From a virus (Duplodnaviria; Heunggongvirae; Uroviricota; Caudoviricetes): 64,000 nt of DNA. This document shows positions 42,685 through 53,125 of the stretch, piece by piece. Numbering within the stretch: position 1 is the stretch's first letter; the number at the start of each line of letters is the position of its first letter. The stretch lies in the IMG/VR virus record IMGVR_UViG_3300005512_005684, positions 231,003 through 295,002 of that record. One strand, given 5' to 3'. Below the pieces are notes generated by a model. It did not search any database, was not told the DNA's origin, and worked only from the letters and a program-made list of their open reading frames with translations. The position numbers and the translations under genes are program-made.

Positions 42685-43761
42685 ATGGGTAAGATTCTCG
42701 TCTTGGCGTGTAACACTACTAGGCTAGTCAAGTACCCGATGTTCTTCGGCACGGAGCAGTGTGTCTCGTACCCAGTGGATCCCGTAAAGGCATCTGATAA
42801 ATCGTACATGAAGATGGTGAAGGAAGAGATTGCCGTCTTGTGCGAATTACATGATGTGGAGTTCGTTGGATTCGAGCGTTTTCCTGTCTTGTGTACGAGT
42901 GTGGGTATGAAGCATTGTGGCAACAAACGTGTGCCGCCGTTCTATGAGATTGACGCAAAGGAACTCTTGGCGAAGTTCGGTTTGACGAAGAAACGAGTGT
43001 TACACCTAGATATGGCGGATCGTACGTTTTACGAGTTGAATGGCCACACTCTTCCGCGAGGTAGTTTGATGTTGAAGGGTCAGTGTCAAGCGGAGACGGT
43101 AGTCGAGACAGGGAACACTCCTACTAAGCGCACGGTGTGGTGTCCGTATTGGTCAGGGCGCGAGGATAGTGTTGGTATTATGTGCGGCTCTTGGACACGT
43201 CCTCGGAAGCTAAGTAATGAGGTGGCATATTACGGTAGTGTCGGTGGCTGGAAGTTTCGTAGGGAGGTTGCAGAGTTTCTTGAAAAGCGGAACGATTCAT
43301 GTGTCATAGTACATGACCAACAGGCTCAAAGTCTTGGTCTTGACCTTGACGCGTGTGTTGAAGCAGTACTTCGGTCAAAAGTTGCGGTGTGCGTTAGGGG
43401 AGTCGGTATCCTTAGTCAGACGTTTTTGGAGATACTCTCTCTTCGTGCATGTTGCTTGTGTGACAGCGAACCGATTGAGACGCTCTTTTGGCCGGTGCAT
43501 CCGGTCAACGGTGTCCTGGGTGAGTGTTGTGAGGTCTTTCGTAGTGAGGAGCTTGAGTCTTTTGAGTTCGTGTTGAACCGAATCCTCAGTGAAGAACGAC
43601 GCCGTTCGGATTTGGCGTACAACGGACGCCAGTTCTATGAGCGATTCTATTCCCCGTCTGCTTTACGTGCGTACGGTGATTCTGTGTTAAGGCACATCGA
43701 CGATGTTGAGAAAATCATTCCGTTTTTCGTTGAAAGGCGTTTGGAGGGACTTCAAAGATGA
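42685..43761 (+). CDS. GT-B (Glyco_trans_1_2/exostosin-like) protein, paralog of 47165-48265
   Basis: SKVAVCVRGVG..SQTFLEIL, GECCEVF, LAYNGRQFYE. Confidence 0.65.
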   Translation: MGKILVLACNTTRLVKYPMFFGTEQCVSYPVDPVKASDKSYMKMVKEEIAVLCELHDVEFVGFERFPVLCTSVGMKHCGNKRVPPFYEIDAKELLAKFGLTKKRVLHLDMADRTFYELNGHTLPRGSLMLKGQCQAETVVETGNTPTKRTVWCPYWSGREDSVGIMCGSWTRPRKLSNEVAYYGSVGGWKFRREVAEFLEKRNDSCVIVHDQQAQSLGLDLDACVEAVLRSKVAVCVRGVGILSQTFLEILSLRACCLCDSEPIETLFWPVHPVNGVLGECCEVFRSEELESFEFVLNRILSEERRRSDLAYNGRQFYERFYSPSALRAYGDSVLRHIDDVEKIIPFFVERRLEGLQR

Positions 43762-46700
43762 ACAGACAGCAAGTTGTGGAATTCTGGTCGAAGGAACTCG
43801 CAGATCATTCAGCATGGCTACGGGGCGAAGCGATAGAGGGTGTCTCAGTGCCGGAAGAGATTGCAGAAGGTGCTACGGAACAGGAGCGTGCAGTGAAGAC
43901 TTGGGTCTCTGCAATTGCGGGAGGGTTTCCTTGTCGTTTTGGGCTTCGGTCGGATTCGTTCAAGGGTAAGAGAGTGGCGAGTGTCGGGACAGGCCCTCTG
44001 CCGTTGGCGTTGGGCTTTGAGGATTGTGAGATCGTAGTCATTGATCCGTTTGTCAATGAGTACATCGAGGCCGGTTATCCCCTTGGGGCATGGCCGGAAC
44101 GTGTAACATATCGAGTGGGAGATTCAGGTAAGATGCCGTCTGGGCTTTCCTTCGACGTTGTGCTTTGGCAAGCGAATGAGGGTTTGTTGTCGGTTTTCTC
44201 TGAGGTCTTGGGCTTGCTTGGGGAAGATGGCAAGCTGTACGTTGACGTTGCCGGGGTGGAAGACGAGGGAACGTTGGTTCAATACTTCGATAGTTGTGGG
44301 GTAAAGATGGTGAAGCGTGGGGAGTTGCAGGAGAGTACAGTCTGGTCGAACGATGCCAGTGAAATGATCACGTATCTGGTCGCGAACCACAACAAGGAAG
44401 AGTACGTAGCTGCGTGTATTGAGTCGTTGCTGACCCAGACCTCTAACAGGTGGAAGTGTGTGGTCCTGGACGATTGTAGTAGCGACGGCTCCGTGGATTT
44501 GATCCGGGGAATGGTAGAGGGTGATAGTCGATTCCAGGTAGTCTTGAACGATAGGAACCTGGGCTATAATGGGACTTTGATGCGGTTGATCGACTTAGCT
44601 GACACGGACATCGTGGGGATTGTTGATCCTGACGATACGATTCACCCGGAATGTACTGCACACGTGCTCAGTAAGTACGATCAAGGTGTGTGGAAGGGAT
44701 TCGTTTACACAGAGGTGTTCGATTGCGACGAACAAATGAAATTCGTGAAGAAAGGGTTCTCACGACAATTGCCCGCAGGAAAGACAGTATTGAAAGACAA
44801 TGATGTTGTCCAGCATGTCAAAACGTTTCGGCGAGTGGTCTACTACAACACACCTGGGTACGTGATTGACGAGGCGGTCTATTGCGAGGACAAAGACTTG
44901 GCCTACAAGATGGAAGAGGTGGTGCGGTTACACCACGTTCCGAAAATGCTGTACTATTATCGCAGAGGGACCCCAGGCGCTCAAAACGCTGGAGAGAAAC
45001 GTGCTATTGGGAGGAAGAACCTGAAGCACACGCGTGACAAGGCGTGGTCGAGACGGGAAATGACAGAGTGGAAGCTGGAAAGTCGTCCGGCGTTTGAAGC
45101 ACACCTGGAAGCAGGCAAGGGACATTGCACGTTTGTGACCACGCCGTCTAGTCTGGAGGTGCTACGCAAGATTGTTGGTACCGTTCGACGCCAAACGTAT
45201 CCGTTTTGGCGGTGTGTCGTAGTGTGGCCGTTTGGGAAGGAAGACAAGAAAATCGAGGACATTGCGTACGAACTTCACGATGATCAGCGGTTTCAAGTTG
45301 TTGACAGTGTGGAGGCCGTGGGTGAGGTTCCCGAGCGGATTGACGTGGACGAGACTTTTGAGGACGTGCACCGAGTTGAAGCCTTTGCGAAAGGGGAAAG
45401 GACAAATAACGTGGTGATCAATAGTTTCTGGACTGGGGGTGAGTTGGGGAGACTGGAGAGACTTTCAATCAGAACGTTCCTTGATCACGGTCACGAGTAC
45501 CGACTGTACACGTATGGAGACGTGGGAGAGGTGCCGGAGGGGACGCGGATCATGGACGCGAACAAGATTCTCCCGCAGGATCAAGTGTTCCAACATGCGC
45601 GCAAGGGGGCGAAGGGGAGCTATTCGACATTCTCGAATCTCTTCCGATACAAGTTGCTGCTTGAACAGGGAGGGTGGTGGGTTGATACCGATTTCATTTG
45701 CCTTCGCAGTTTTGAGGAACTGGACAAACGTGACTATGTATTTGCCTCAGAGCGAGATCGGAAGTCCGGGGATCGTTGTACTACGTCCGGTGTGATTCGG
45801 GTGCCGTCGGGGAGCGAGTTTGCTAAGACGTGTTTCGAGCGTGCGACAGAGAAAGTGAAGGATGCAGAAAACCTGGATTGGGGTGAGATTGGGGTGTTCA
45901 TGGTTCGCCATGTTGTTGGAGAGCTAGGTCTCTCTGAGCATATCGTGGACCCAGAGGTTTTTTGTCCAGTGGACTGGTTTCATTGGGAGCGTCTGATCGA
46001 ACCCAATCAGTCTTTCGACTTTGGCGAGAGTTACGCCGTTCATTTCTGGAATGAAATGTGGCGACAAGATGGTAAGGACAAGGAATCGGACTATCCTGCA
46101 TCGAGTCTTTACATGAAACTCGTTAATCAGAGAGTGACGCCGAGGACAAAGGTCGAACCACCTTCCGCAGAAATAAAGTCAGTTCCCGTGGAGCCGGAAG
46201 AACCACAGTCAGTTCCTTCAGAACCGAAGTTGGAAGAACCGCAGGTAGTTCCTGGTAAGGTGATCCCTGGAGTCCTGTACATACACATGGACAAGCGCTA
46301 CCCGGATATGTGGTATCAGCGTTTCGAGCACAACGCCAAACGCTTCGGGATTGCACACGAGCTTGTGTGTGTCTTCCAGGGTAAGACAGTGGATTATCTT
46401 ATAGGGCGGGTTAAGGAAGGTGATTTCTTGCTTGGGCGGTTTGCCCATGCCGACTTTGATCTTCGCAAGGTGAAGCCGATCTTTCACCGTCTTGCCAGGG
46501 CTTTCAAGGGGAGAACCTTTCCAGATAGTCAGACCTATTATCTCTATGACGAGAAACACAAGCAGATCGAGTTCTTCAATCGGTATCGTGTGCCGACACC
46601 GAAGACGGAGTTGGTCGTTGACTCGACTCAGGTTCAAGAGTTCATGGACTACCACGAACTTCAATTCCCGATAGTGTTCAAGGGAGTTCACGGGGCGTCA

Positions 46701-47168
46701 TCTGAGAATGTCAGGATGGCGAAGAAACTGGACGAAATAACGTACCCCGCCATCTTGCAGGAATTCTGCCCGGACAACGAAGGAACGGTTAGGTTGACGA
46801 CTATCGGTGATCGAGTCATGGGTTACTTTCGACCGAATGGGAAGGGAGATTTCCGTTCGGCGTCCGCGCGTGTGGTTGCGCCGGTGTATCCGTCTGAATT
46901 TGATATGAAGGCGGTGACGTTGGTAAGTGAAATATCGAGGAAGGCGGGTTTTGTAACAATGGCCTACGATCTCGTGAAGCTCCGCGGGGAGTGGGTTGTT
47001 CTGGAAATGTCCTATAGTTACCCGGACACCGGGATACTGAAGGCCGAGGTCTGTTACACTCGGAACAAGAATGCTTTCTTCAGACGAAGCAAGAAAGACA
47101 TCTATCCCGAGGATTTGATCATGTGTGACCTCTTCGGAATAGAGGAACTGGACGTGAGGTCTGAATGA
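43758..47168 (+). CDS. Four-domain enzyme: MTase-like, GT2, GT32 (DxD), ATP-grasp
   Basis: SVGTGP; LDDCSSDGS, VDPDD; FSNLFRYKLL..GGWWVDTD; FPIVFKG..GASSENV, LQEF, AYDLV, VLEMS. Confidence 0.85.
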   Translation: MNRQQVVEFWSKELADHSAWLRGEAIEGVSVPEEIAEGATEQERAVKTWVSAIAGGFPCRFGLRSDSFKGKRVASVGTGPLPLALGFEDCEIVVIDPFVNEYIEAGYPLGAWPERVTYRVGDSGKMPSGLSFDVVLWQANEGLLSVFSEVLGLLGEDGKLYVDVAGVEDEGTLVQYFDSCGVKMVKRGELQESTVWSNDASEMITYLVANHNKEEYVAACIESLLTQTSNRWKCVVLDDCSSDGSVDLIRGMVEGDSRFQVVLNDRNLGYNGTLMRLIDLADTDIVGIVDPDDTIHPECTAHVLSKYDQGVWKGFVYTEVFDCDEQMKFVKKGFSRQLPAGKTVLKDNDVVQHVKTFRRVVYYNTPGYVIDEAVYCEDKDLAYKMEEVVRLHHVPKMLYYYRRGTPGAQNAGEKRAIGRKNLKHTRDKAWSRREMTEWKLESRPAFEAHLEAGKGHCTFVTTPSSLEVLRKIVGTVRRQTYPFWRCVVVWPFGKEDKKIEDIAYELHDDQRFQVVDSVEAVGEVPERIDVDETFEDVHRVEAFAKGERTNNVVINSFWTGGELGRLERLSIRTFLDHGHEYRLYTYGDVGEVPEGTRIMDANKILPQDQVFQHARKGAKGSYSTFSNLFRYKLLLEQGGWWVDTDFICLRSFEELDKRDYVFASERDRKSGDRCTTSGVIRVPSGSEFAKTCFERATEKVKDAENLDWGEIGVFMVRHVVGELGLSEHIVDPEVFCPVDWFHWERLIEPNQSFDFGESYAVHFWNEMWRQDGKDKESDYPASSLYMKLVNQRVTPRTKVEPPSAEIKSVPVEPEEPQSVPSEPKLEEPQVVPGKVIPGVLYIHMDKRYPDMWYQRFEHNAKRFGIAHELVCVFQGKTVDYLIGRVKEGDFLLGRFAHADFDLRKVKPIFHRLARAFKGRTFPDSQTYYLYDEKHKQIEFFNRYRVPTPKTELVVDSTQVQEFMDYHELQFPIVFKGVHGASSENVRMAKKLDEITYPAILQEFCPDNEGTVRLTTIGDRVMGYFRPNGKGDFRSASARVVAPVYPSEFDMKAVTLVSEISRKAGFVTMAYDLVKLRGEWVVLEMSYSYPDTGILKAEVCYTRNKNAFFRRSKKDIYPEDLIMCDLFGIEELDVRSE

Positions 47169-48265
47169 TGTCCGAAGGTAAAATTCTAGTCTTGACTGCG
47201 GACAGGCGTTTGCACCAGTACAACCGATTCTTCGGCCCCTATTGTGTGCCGAAGATACTGGAACATTGGCGGATGAAAGAGCCGGACTATGTGGCTCAAG
47301 TTCGTGACGAGATCATGCGGGAGTACCGTGAAGGTCGAATCTCGTACGTTGGTGTCGAGGACAAGCGGCTCTTTCATTCACTTGGGTTGGCTTCGGATAT
47401 GGGCTATTGGATCGACGCCGGTGAGTTTTGGTCGAACTTCATGGATTGGTCGGAAGATGGGTTGCCGTTCGTGTGTGTGGACATGAATGATCAGTGTGAT
47501 CCGATGTTTCGTCCGACGACGCTACGTGAGCGAGACGTGATTCTGAAAGGACAGGTGTCTAGGGAGGGAACAAAGGACGGTTTGCTTTTCGACGACAAGG
47601 TGGTGTGGGCACCTTACTGGACTGGCTATACGACGTTCACGGTGGTGGTCAACCGGGAGTGGGGGTCAGTGAAGCCGATTTTTGAGAGACGTTATGATAC
47701 TGGATTCGTGGGAACGATCTCGACATATCGTTGGCGGCACACGGCCGTACATGACGTGTTCGGTGGGGAGACGTGGCAGAATGCTGATTCTCCGCATTAC
47801 GTTCGTTTTTCGTCCTCGCGTTCTCGACTTAGCCCCGGTCACTTTGCGAACATGGTGAGAGACTCTAAGGTGGCGATCAACATTCGAGGTTCTGGTGTCT
47901 TGGCGCAGCGGTTCTTTGAGATACTTCACTTACAGACGTGTTGTCTGACTGACGACTACACGGTGAGGGCTTATTGGCTTATCCCTCCGGTCGGAGGTGA
48001 GGCTGGCGAGTGCTGTGAGGTGTTTGAAGGGGACAACTCTGATTCGCTGCGCGCGAAGATGGAAGGGTTGTTGGACAATCCAGGGTACATGGAATGTCTG
48101 GCTACCAACGGGAAGCGGTTCTGGGAGTGTTGTTGTAAGCAATCCCGGATTCGTGAGTACGGGGGATTCGTTTTGGAGGCAATGGAGAGTGGCCTCCCCT
48201 GGTCTGAGGTTCTTGGACGGTTTCGGAACAGTTGCCTGGAGGCGCTTAGGAGTTATGGACGGTAA
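47165..48265 (+). CDS. GT-B (Glyco_trans_1_2/exostosin-like) protein
   Basis: SKVAINIRGSG..QRFFEIL, GECCEVF, LATNGKRFWE. Confidence 0.65.
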   Translation: MMSEGKILVLTADRRLHQYNRFFGPYCVPKILEHWRMKEPDYVAQVRDEIMREYREGRISYVGVEDKRLFHSLGLASDMGYWIDAGEFWSNFMDWSEDGLPFVCVDMNDQCDPMFRPTTLRERDVILKGQVSREGTKDGLLFDDKVVWAPYWTGYTTFTVVVNREWGSVKPIFERRYDTGFVGTISTYRWRHTAVHDVFGGETWQNADSPHYVRFSSSRSRLSPGHFANMVRDSKVAINIRGSGVLAQRFFEILHLQTCCLTDDYTVRAYWLIPPVGGEAGECCEVFEGDNSDSLRAKMEGLLDNPGYMECLATNGKRFWECCCKQSRIREYGGFVLEAMESGLPWSEVLGRFRNSCLEALRSYGR

Positions 48266-48944
48266 CGTACGTATCATCATTCGTAGTACGAGCGATACAC
48301 TGTACGAACTCAGTGCGAGCTTTCTGTCCGATCTTGGGATACCGGTGGTGAAAGAGGTAGTCCAGGGGCCGAAGTTTAACGACTACTGGTACACCCACGT
48401 CTTTGATTTCGATGAAGACTGGCTTGTCTTCGTTGACGAGGACTGCTTCGTTTTCGATTCGTCCGTAATCCCGCGAATGATTCGTTACATGAGTCAGAAC
48501 GGATATGTGACGTGTGGTGTTCCTGACGGCGGCGTGTCTACCAGAATTGCCAGTCCGGTTATCCCGAACACGTTCTTTTGCATTGTTCACCTGGAAGCGG
48601 TGCGTCGTTATGACAGGGAGGGTATGAGGGAGTACCGTCACATTGAGGATTTTGAGACTCTTCGTCCTTTGTTCTCATACAAGGCCAAGCACGACTATGT
48701 GGAGCACGAGCCATACTACTCATTCTTTTTCTGGATCATGATGCGTGGCGGCGGCATCCTTTACCTTGATGCAGATACCTGGGTTGAAGACGAGTTGTCC
48801 ACGATACCCAAGGATCACCGTGGACAACCGTTCGCCATTCATTGTTGGTATGCACGACACGCGGATCGTCCGTCACATCGTGATCGCTACGCTCAGGCGA
48901 TTGAGTTTTGCGAGCAAATGAAGACGAGGATCGTCAGGGAATGA
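48255..48944 (+). CDS. GT-A fold glycosyltransferase
   Basis: WLVFVDEDCF DxD motif; HCWYAR. Confidence 0.65.
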   Translation: MDGNVRIIIRSTSDTLYELSASFLSDLGIPVVKEVVQGPKFNDYWYTHVFDFDEDWLVFVDEDCFVFDSSVIPRMIRYMSQNGYVTCGVPDGGVSTRIASPVIPNTFFCIVHLEAVRRYDREGMREYRHIEDFETLRPLFSYKAKHDYVEHEPYYSFFFWIMMRGGGILYLDADTWVEDELSTIPKDHRGQPFAIHCWYARHADRPSHRDRYAQAIEFCEQMKTRIVRE

Positions 48945-49858
48945 ACCGGGTGTATTTGAAGGTCCATCCGAAACTTGGGAGACCGATCTACTATCTTGAA
49001 CAGTTAATGGATGGTCTTCAGGAGAGGGGATACGAGACGGCGATTGTTGAGGATTCGTCGGACATTCGAGATAGTATTATCATTTTCGATTTTGTGATTG
49101 ACCTGAAGACTTGTGAGGAAGCGAAGAAAAATGGCAACAAGGTAGTGGTCTATGTCGGTGACGTTGTGACGAGCGCTTACTACTATGAACGTTGTTTTCG
49201 CCATCGTCACTTTTCGAGCGACAAGAACTGGCCGACGTTGCCTTACTTCCGACGTGTCAATGCGGAGGTGGGCATAGATGGAATGATCTTTCTCAGTCGC
49301 TACGTACACGACAAGTACTACCAGTACTTTCGCAGTGTCCCTCGTGTGTGTCTGAACATCTTCATAGACAGGAGAATTGCTCGGGACACAATGAAGACGG
49401 TGGATTGCAGCTTCCTCTACCTGGGTTTCGAGCAGAATACGATGTTTCTGAAAGACCTTCCGTCCGTTCGGAAATTCATTTTGGATCGACGAGTGCGTTC
49501 TGGAGATACTCGTTGGACTCAGTGGGTCTATCCTTTCCGATGTCACTATGCCGTCCGCGGTTACTCGTCTCTTGCGTACTTGACGAAGCCACCGGCCAAA
49601 CTTGTGGTAGCGGCGGGTTGTGATGCCAATATCATCCTTGGGAGGGAATACTCTTACGTCGAATTGTTGGGGAATGATTATCCATTTTATACAGAGCCAG
49701 TGTGGGAGGACGTTGAAGCCACGTTTCAGAAAGTGTCCGAGTGCTTCCTGTCCAAGCTCTGGTTTGATGCGTTGGAAATGATGCGCGACGTGAGGGACAA
49801 GACGAGCTTTGAACGTTGCCTGAGCGACCTTGTGCTTTTCCTTGGGGGGTTGAAGTGA
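48941..49858 (+). CDS. Putative GT-B glycosyltransferase
   Basis: KPPAKLVVAAGC, ELLGNDYPFY; cluster context. Confidence 0.55.
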   Translation: MNRVYLKVHPKLGRPIYYLEQLMDGLQERGYETAIVEDSSDIRDSIIIFDFVIDLKTCEEAKKNGNKVVVYVGDVVTSAYYYERCFRHRHFSSDKNWPTLPYFRRVNAEVGIDGMIFLSRYVHDKYYQYFRSVPRVCLNIFIDRRIARDTMKTVDCSFLYLGFEQNTMFLKDLPSVRKFILDRRVRSGDTRWTQWVYPFRCHYAVRGYSSLAYLTKPPAKLVVAAGCDANIILGREYSYVELLGNDYPFYTEPVWEDVEATFQKVSECFLSKLWFDALEMMRDVRDKTSFERCLSDLVLFLGGLK

Positions 49859-50307
49859 AGCTCCGTGAGATAACCTTGTCTGACGATGACGTGACTTTCT
49901 ACTATCGTCTCCGCAATGATGACAGAACATACCACTGGTTCTTTTCAGGTAGAAAGTTTTCGCTTGAGGAAGTGAAGGAGTGGCTTGGTGATCAAGTGGA
50001 CGATGTGATCTACGTTGCTGAGGAAGCAGGGAGACCGGTAGGTTCGTGTTCGGTACATAACGTCAACTTGAATTCTAGGACTGGTGAGTTGGGTAGGATC
50101 ATGATTGAGCCTGAAATGAGAAACCAAGGCTTAGCGAGTAAGATGGTTGCACTCTTAATCAACGAGTGTAGTAAAACGAGTCTTGTGTATGTGTATGCGA
50201 ACGTCAAGAGAGTCAACGGTGCTATGTGTCGCGTCTTTGAGAAATTGAGATTGAGACAAGTGGAAGGCGATCCAGTCTTTTTCTGGAAAGTGTTGAGAGA
50301 GGGATAA
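49855..50307 (+). CDS. GNAT acetyltransferase (PseH/RimJ-like)
   Basis: ELGRIMI..RNQGLA, N.AM..FEKL. Confidence 0.85.
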   Translation: MKLREITLSDDDVTFYYRLRNDDRTYHWFFSGRKFSLEEVKEWLGDQVDDVIYVAEEAGRPVGSCSVHNVNLNSRTGELGRIMIEPEMRNQGLASKMVALLINECSKTSLVYVYANVKRVNGAMCRVFEKLRLRQVEGDPVFFWKVLREG

Positions 50308-51422
50308 TGAACGACATACATCTTTTTCGACCATTTGTGAGTGAACAGGCTATTGCTGACGTAGCGGATGTGTTACGATCCGGTTGGACAGGACTGGGAC
50401 CTAAGACGGACGAGTTCGAGAAACGTTTTGCCGCGTACGTGGGTGCGAACCGGTGCGTAGCCTTGAACTCTTGTACGTCTGCATTGCATCTAGCGCTACA
50501 CGTCTTGGACTTGGAGCCTGGAGACGAAGTGATCACGACTCCGATTACGTTCGTTTCCACGAACCACGCGATCCTTTACGAGGGAGCGACACCGGTGTTC
50601 GCTGACGTAAAGCGCGGGACGGCGTGTATCGATCCGGCGTCAATCTGGCAAGCTCTGAAGCGGTGCAACAATCCTCGGGCGATTATTGCTATGCACTACG
50701 GAGGACAACCATGTGATCTGGAGACGATTCATTCGATGGCGGAACAGGCCGGTGTAGCGGTGATTGAAGATTGTGCTCATGCTGCTGGAGCGAGCTATGG
50801 TGGGGATAAGGTTGGTTCTCTGTCTATACTCAATTGCTTCAGTTTTCATTCGGTAAAGAATTTGTCTATCGGCGACGGTGGTGCGGTGACGACAAGTGAC
50901 GATGAGTTGGCCGACCGCATGAGGGCTTTACGTTGGCTTGGTATTGACAAGAGCACCTATGTGCGAACGAAGGCTGGAGACACGGAGTCTTGGCACTACA
51001 ACGTGTCGGAACTTGGTTACAAGTATCACATGAATGACATTATGGCCGCGATAGGCTTGGCTCAGTTGGCGCGTTTGGACGAAGACAATCGTTACCGCAG
51101 GAAGTTGGTCGATCAGTATCGTTTGGGTTTGTCTGAAGTTCCAGGGGTGACGTTGTTGAACCGTATGCCGGACAGGGAAAGCGCCGATCACCTTTGTGCG
51201 ATTCGTGTTGAGAATCGGAGGGCGCTTGTTCGGAAAATGAAGGAATCTGGTGTGCATCCTGGAGTCCATTACGTTCGCAATGACCTCTATGACATGTACG
51301 AAGAACATGATTTGCCGAATGCGGAAATGTTACAGGAGGAACTGCTCAGTCTTCCTCTCCACCTCATGCTCACCGAGGGTGATGTGGAGCGAGTGATTTC
51401 AGTCATTAGTTCAGGATGGTAA
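50307..51422 (+). CDS. DegT/DnrJ/EryC1/StrS nucleotide-sugar aminotransferase
   Basis: NSCTSALHLAL, IEDCAHA, FSFHSVKNL..GDGG, LSLPLH. Confidence 0.95.
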   Translation: MNDIHLFRPFVSEQAIADVADVLRSGWTGLGPKTDEFEKRFAAYVGANRCVALNSCTSALHLALHVLDLEPGDEVITTPITFVSTNHAILYEGATPVFADVKRGTACIDPASIWQALKRCNNPRAIIAMHYGGQPCDLETIHSMAEQAGVAVIEDCAHAAGASYGGDKVGSLSILNCFSFHSVKNLSIGDGGAVTTSDDELADRMRALRWLGIDKSTYVRTKAGDTESWHYNVSELGYKYHMNDIMAAIGLAQLARLDEDNRYRRKLVDQYRLGLSEVPGVTLLNRMPDRESADHLCAIRVENRRALVRKMKESGVHPGVHYVRNDLYDMYEEHDLPNAEMLQEELLSLPLHLMLTEGDVERVISVISSGW

Positions 51423-51423
51423 G

Positions 51424-52263
51424 ATGGATCCACTTGTCAGTTTCGTTATACCGGCGTATCGACCGGAGTTCTTGCTGGAGACTTTGGGAACAATTCTCCG
51501 ACAGACGTACGAGAACATTGAAGTGATCGTTACGGATGATTGTGAAGACGATGCGGTGTCTTGCGTTGTGGACCAGTTCGATGACAAGCGACTATGGTAC
51601 GTCAAGAATAATAAGCCGGATGACGAGAGGGTGGAGTGTGTGGCGCGCAGCAATTTCCTGAATGGATTCCAGATTGCCTGCGGAGACTTCGTGCGATTGG
51701 TGTGTGACGATGACGTGATAACAGAGGAATCGACTCGGAAGTACTTGGACGTTATGGAGGCTCACCCGGAGGTTTCGTTAGTCACATCTTATCGTAGTCT
51801 GATCAGACCGAGTGGTCGGGTGCGAGGACTGAAGCTGTTATCCTTCGGAGAGTCGGTGATTATCGAAGGCAAGCGCGCGTTCAACACCATGATGTGTTTT
51901 GCGAACAACTTCGTTGGTGAGACGTGTTCTTCCATGATGCGTCGGGACAAACTGGCGGATGACCCGTTTGTCTTTCAAGGGGTCGAGGTCAACGCGTTGC
52001 TCGATGTCGTGTTGTGGATCAACCTAATGCTTCGTGGTGACTGGGCATATATTCAGGGAACGATGTCTTCCGTCAGGGAGCACGACACACAGATGGTTAA
52101 GAACGAAAAAGTGCGGCGGCGGTGTGTTAAGATGTGGGAGACACTCCGCAAGGCAAGTGTCGCCGCTGAGTGCTTCCATGAGCCGATTAGCGGCACGGTG
52201 ATCAGTATTCACGGTGGGGAGATATGTCCTGATTATCTGAAGGCACATTCCAGGAGTTTGTAA
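51424..52263 (+). CDS. GT2 glycosyltransferase
   Basis: VSFVIPAY, QTYENIEVIVTDD, CDDD. Confidence 0.9.
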   Translation: MDPLVSFVIPAYRPEFLLETLGTILRQTYENIEVIVTDDCEDDAVSCVVDQFDDKRLWYVKNNKPDDERVECVARSNFLNGFQIACGDFVRLVCDDDVITEESTRKYLDVMEAHPEVSLVTSYRSLIRPSGRVRGLKLLSFGESVIIEGKRAFNTMMCFANNFVGETCSSMMRRDKLADDPFVFQGVEVNALLDVVLWINLMLRGDWAYIQGTMSSVREHDTQMVKNEKVRRRCVKMWETLRKASVAAECFHEPISGTVISIHGGEICPDYLKAHSRSL

Positions 52264-52264
52264 G

Positions 52265-53125
52265 GTGTTCTTCATTCTGGGAAATCAACGTTCGGGTACT
52301 ACGCTCTTGCGACTCATGTTGACTTGTCATGGTAGTGTCGTGGTGCCACCTGAGTGTCATTTCATGCTTTGGCTCTATAAGCGTTTCAGTTCGTGGCACT
52401 TTAATGAGGGTCTTGTTGGTTTTGTCGATGCTCTTTACGATTGCACGAAGTTCGAGACCTGGGGGCTTGACAGGGAGTATCTCCTTTCCTATTTGCAGGC
52501 TCACGGGAATGACATCTACGACTATGGGAGTCTGGTCAAGGCGGTGTATGAGTGTTACGCGCAGCGTCACTTTGAGAAAGGGAGCTTGTGTGGGGATAAG
52601 AACAGCTTGTGGATCGAAATGGTGTGGGCGATTGAAGAGATCGTGCGCTCACCGAAGTACATCTATCTCGTGCGTGACGGGCGAGACGTGGCGTGCTCGT
52701 ATCGAGAGCTTGCTGGTCGAACGTTCAATTCGCAGTACCAACCGAGGTTGCCGAGTGACATACCGTCGATTGCCAGGGCGTGGGATATGGCCAATCGAGT
52801 CCTGTTCTCGTTTTTGGTCGGTAAAGACGAGAACCGAGTTCTCCGGCTGCACTATGAGGACCTGGTAGAGTGTCCCGAGGAGGCTCTGAGGGCCTGTTGC
52901 GGTTTCTTGTCGATTGAGTACGAGCCACGGATGTTGAACTTTCACGAGGTCAACCGCAGTTTGGGGTTGGAACCGAAAGAGTTCTTACAGTGGAAGGAAA
53001 AGACGTTGACGGAAGTGAATGCAATGTCGGTGGGAAGGTATCGACGGGAGTTGACGAACCCGGAGATTAGGGAATTCAATGAGATTGCAGGAGAATCACT
53101 GAGGGATCATGGCTATGCGACGTAG
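52265..53125 (+). CDS. Sulfotransferase
   Basis: GNQRSGTTLL 5'-PSB, LVRDGRDVACS 3'-PB, YEDLV. Confidence 0.92.
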   Translation: MFFILGNQRSGTTLLRLMLTCHGSVVVPPECHFMLWLYKRFSSWHFNEGLVGFVDALYDCTKFETWGLDREYLLSYLQAHGNDIYDYGSLVKAVYECYAQRHFEKGSLCGDKNSLWIEMVWAIEEIVRSPKYIYLVRDGRDVACSYRELAGRTFNSQYQPRLPSDIPSIARAWDMANRVLFSFLVGKDENRVLRLHYEDLVECPEEALRACCGFLSIEYEPRMLNFHEVNRSLGLEPKEFLQWKEKTLTEVNAMSVGRYRRELTNPEIREFNEIAGESLRDHGYAT

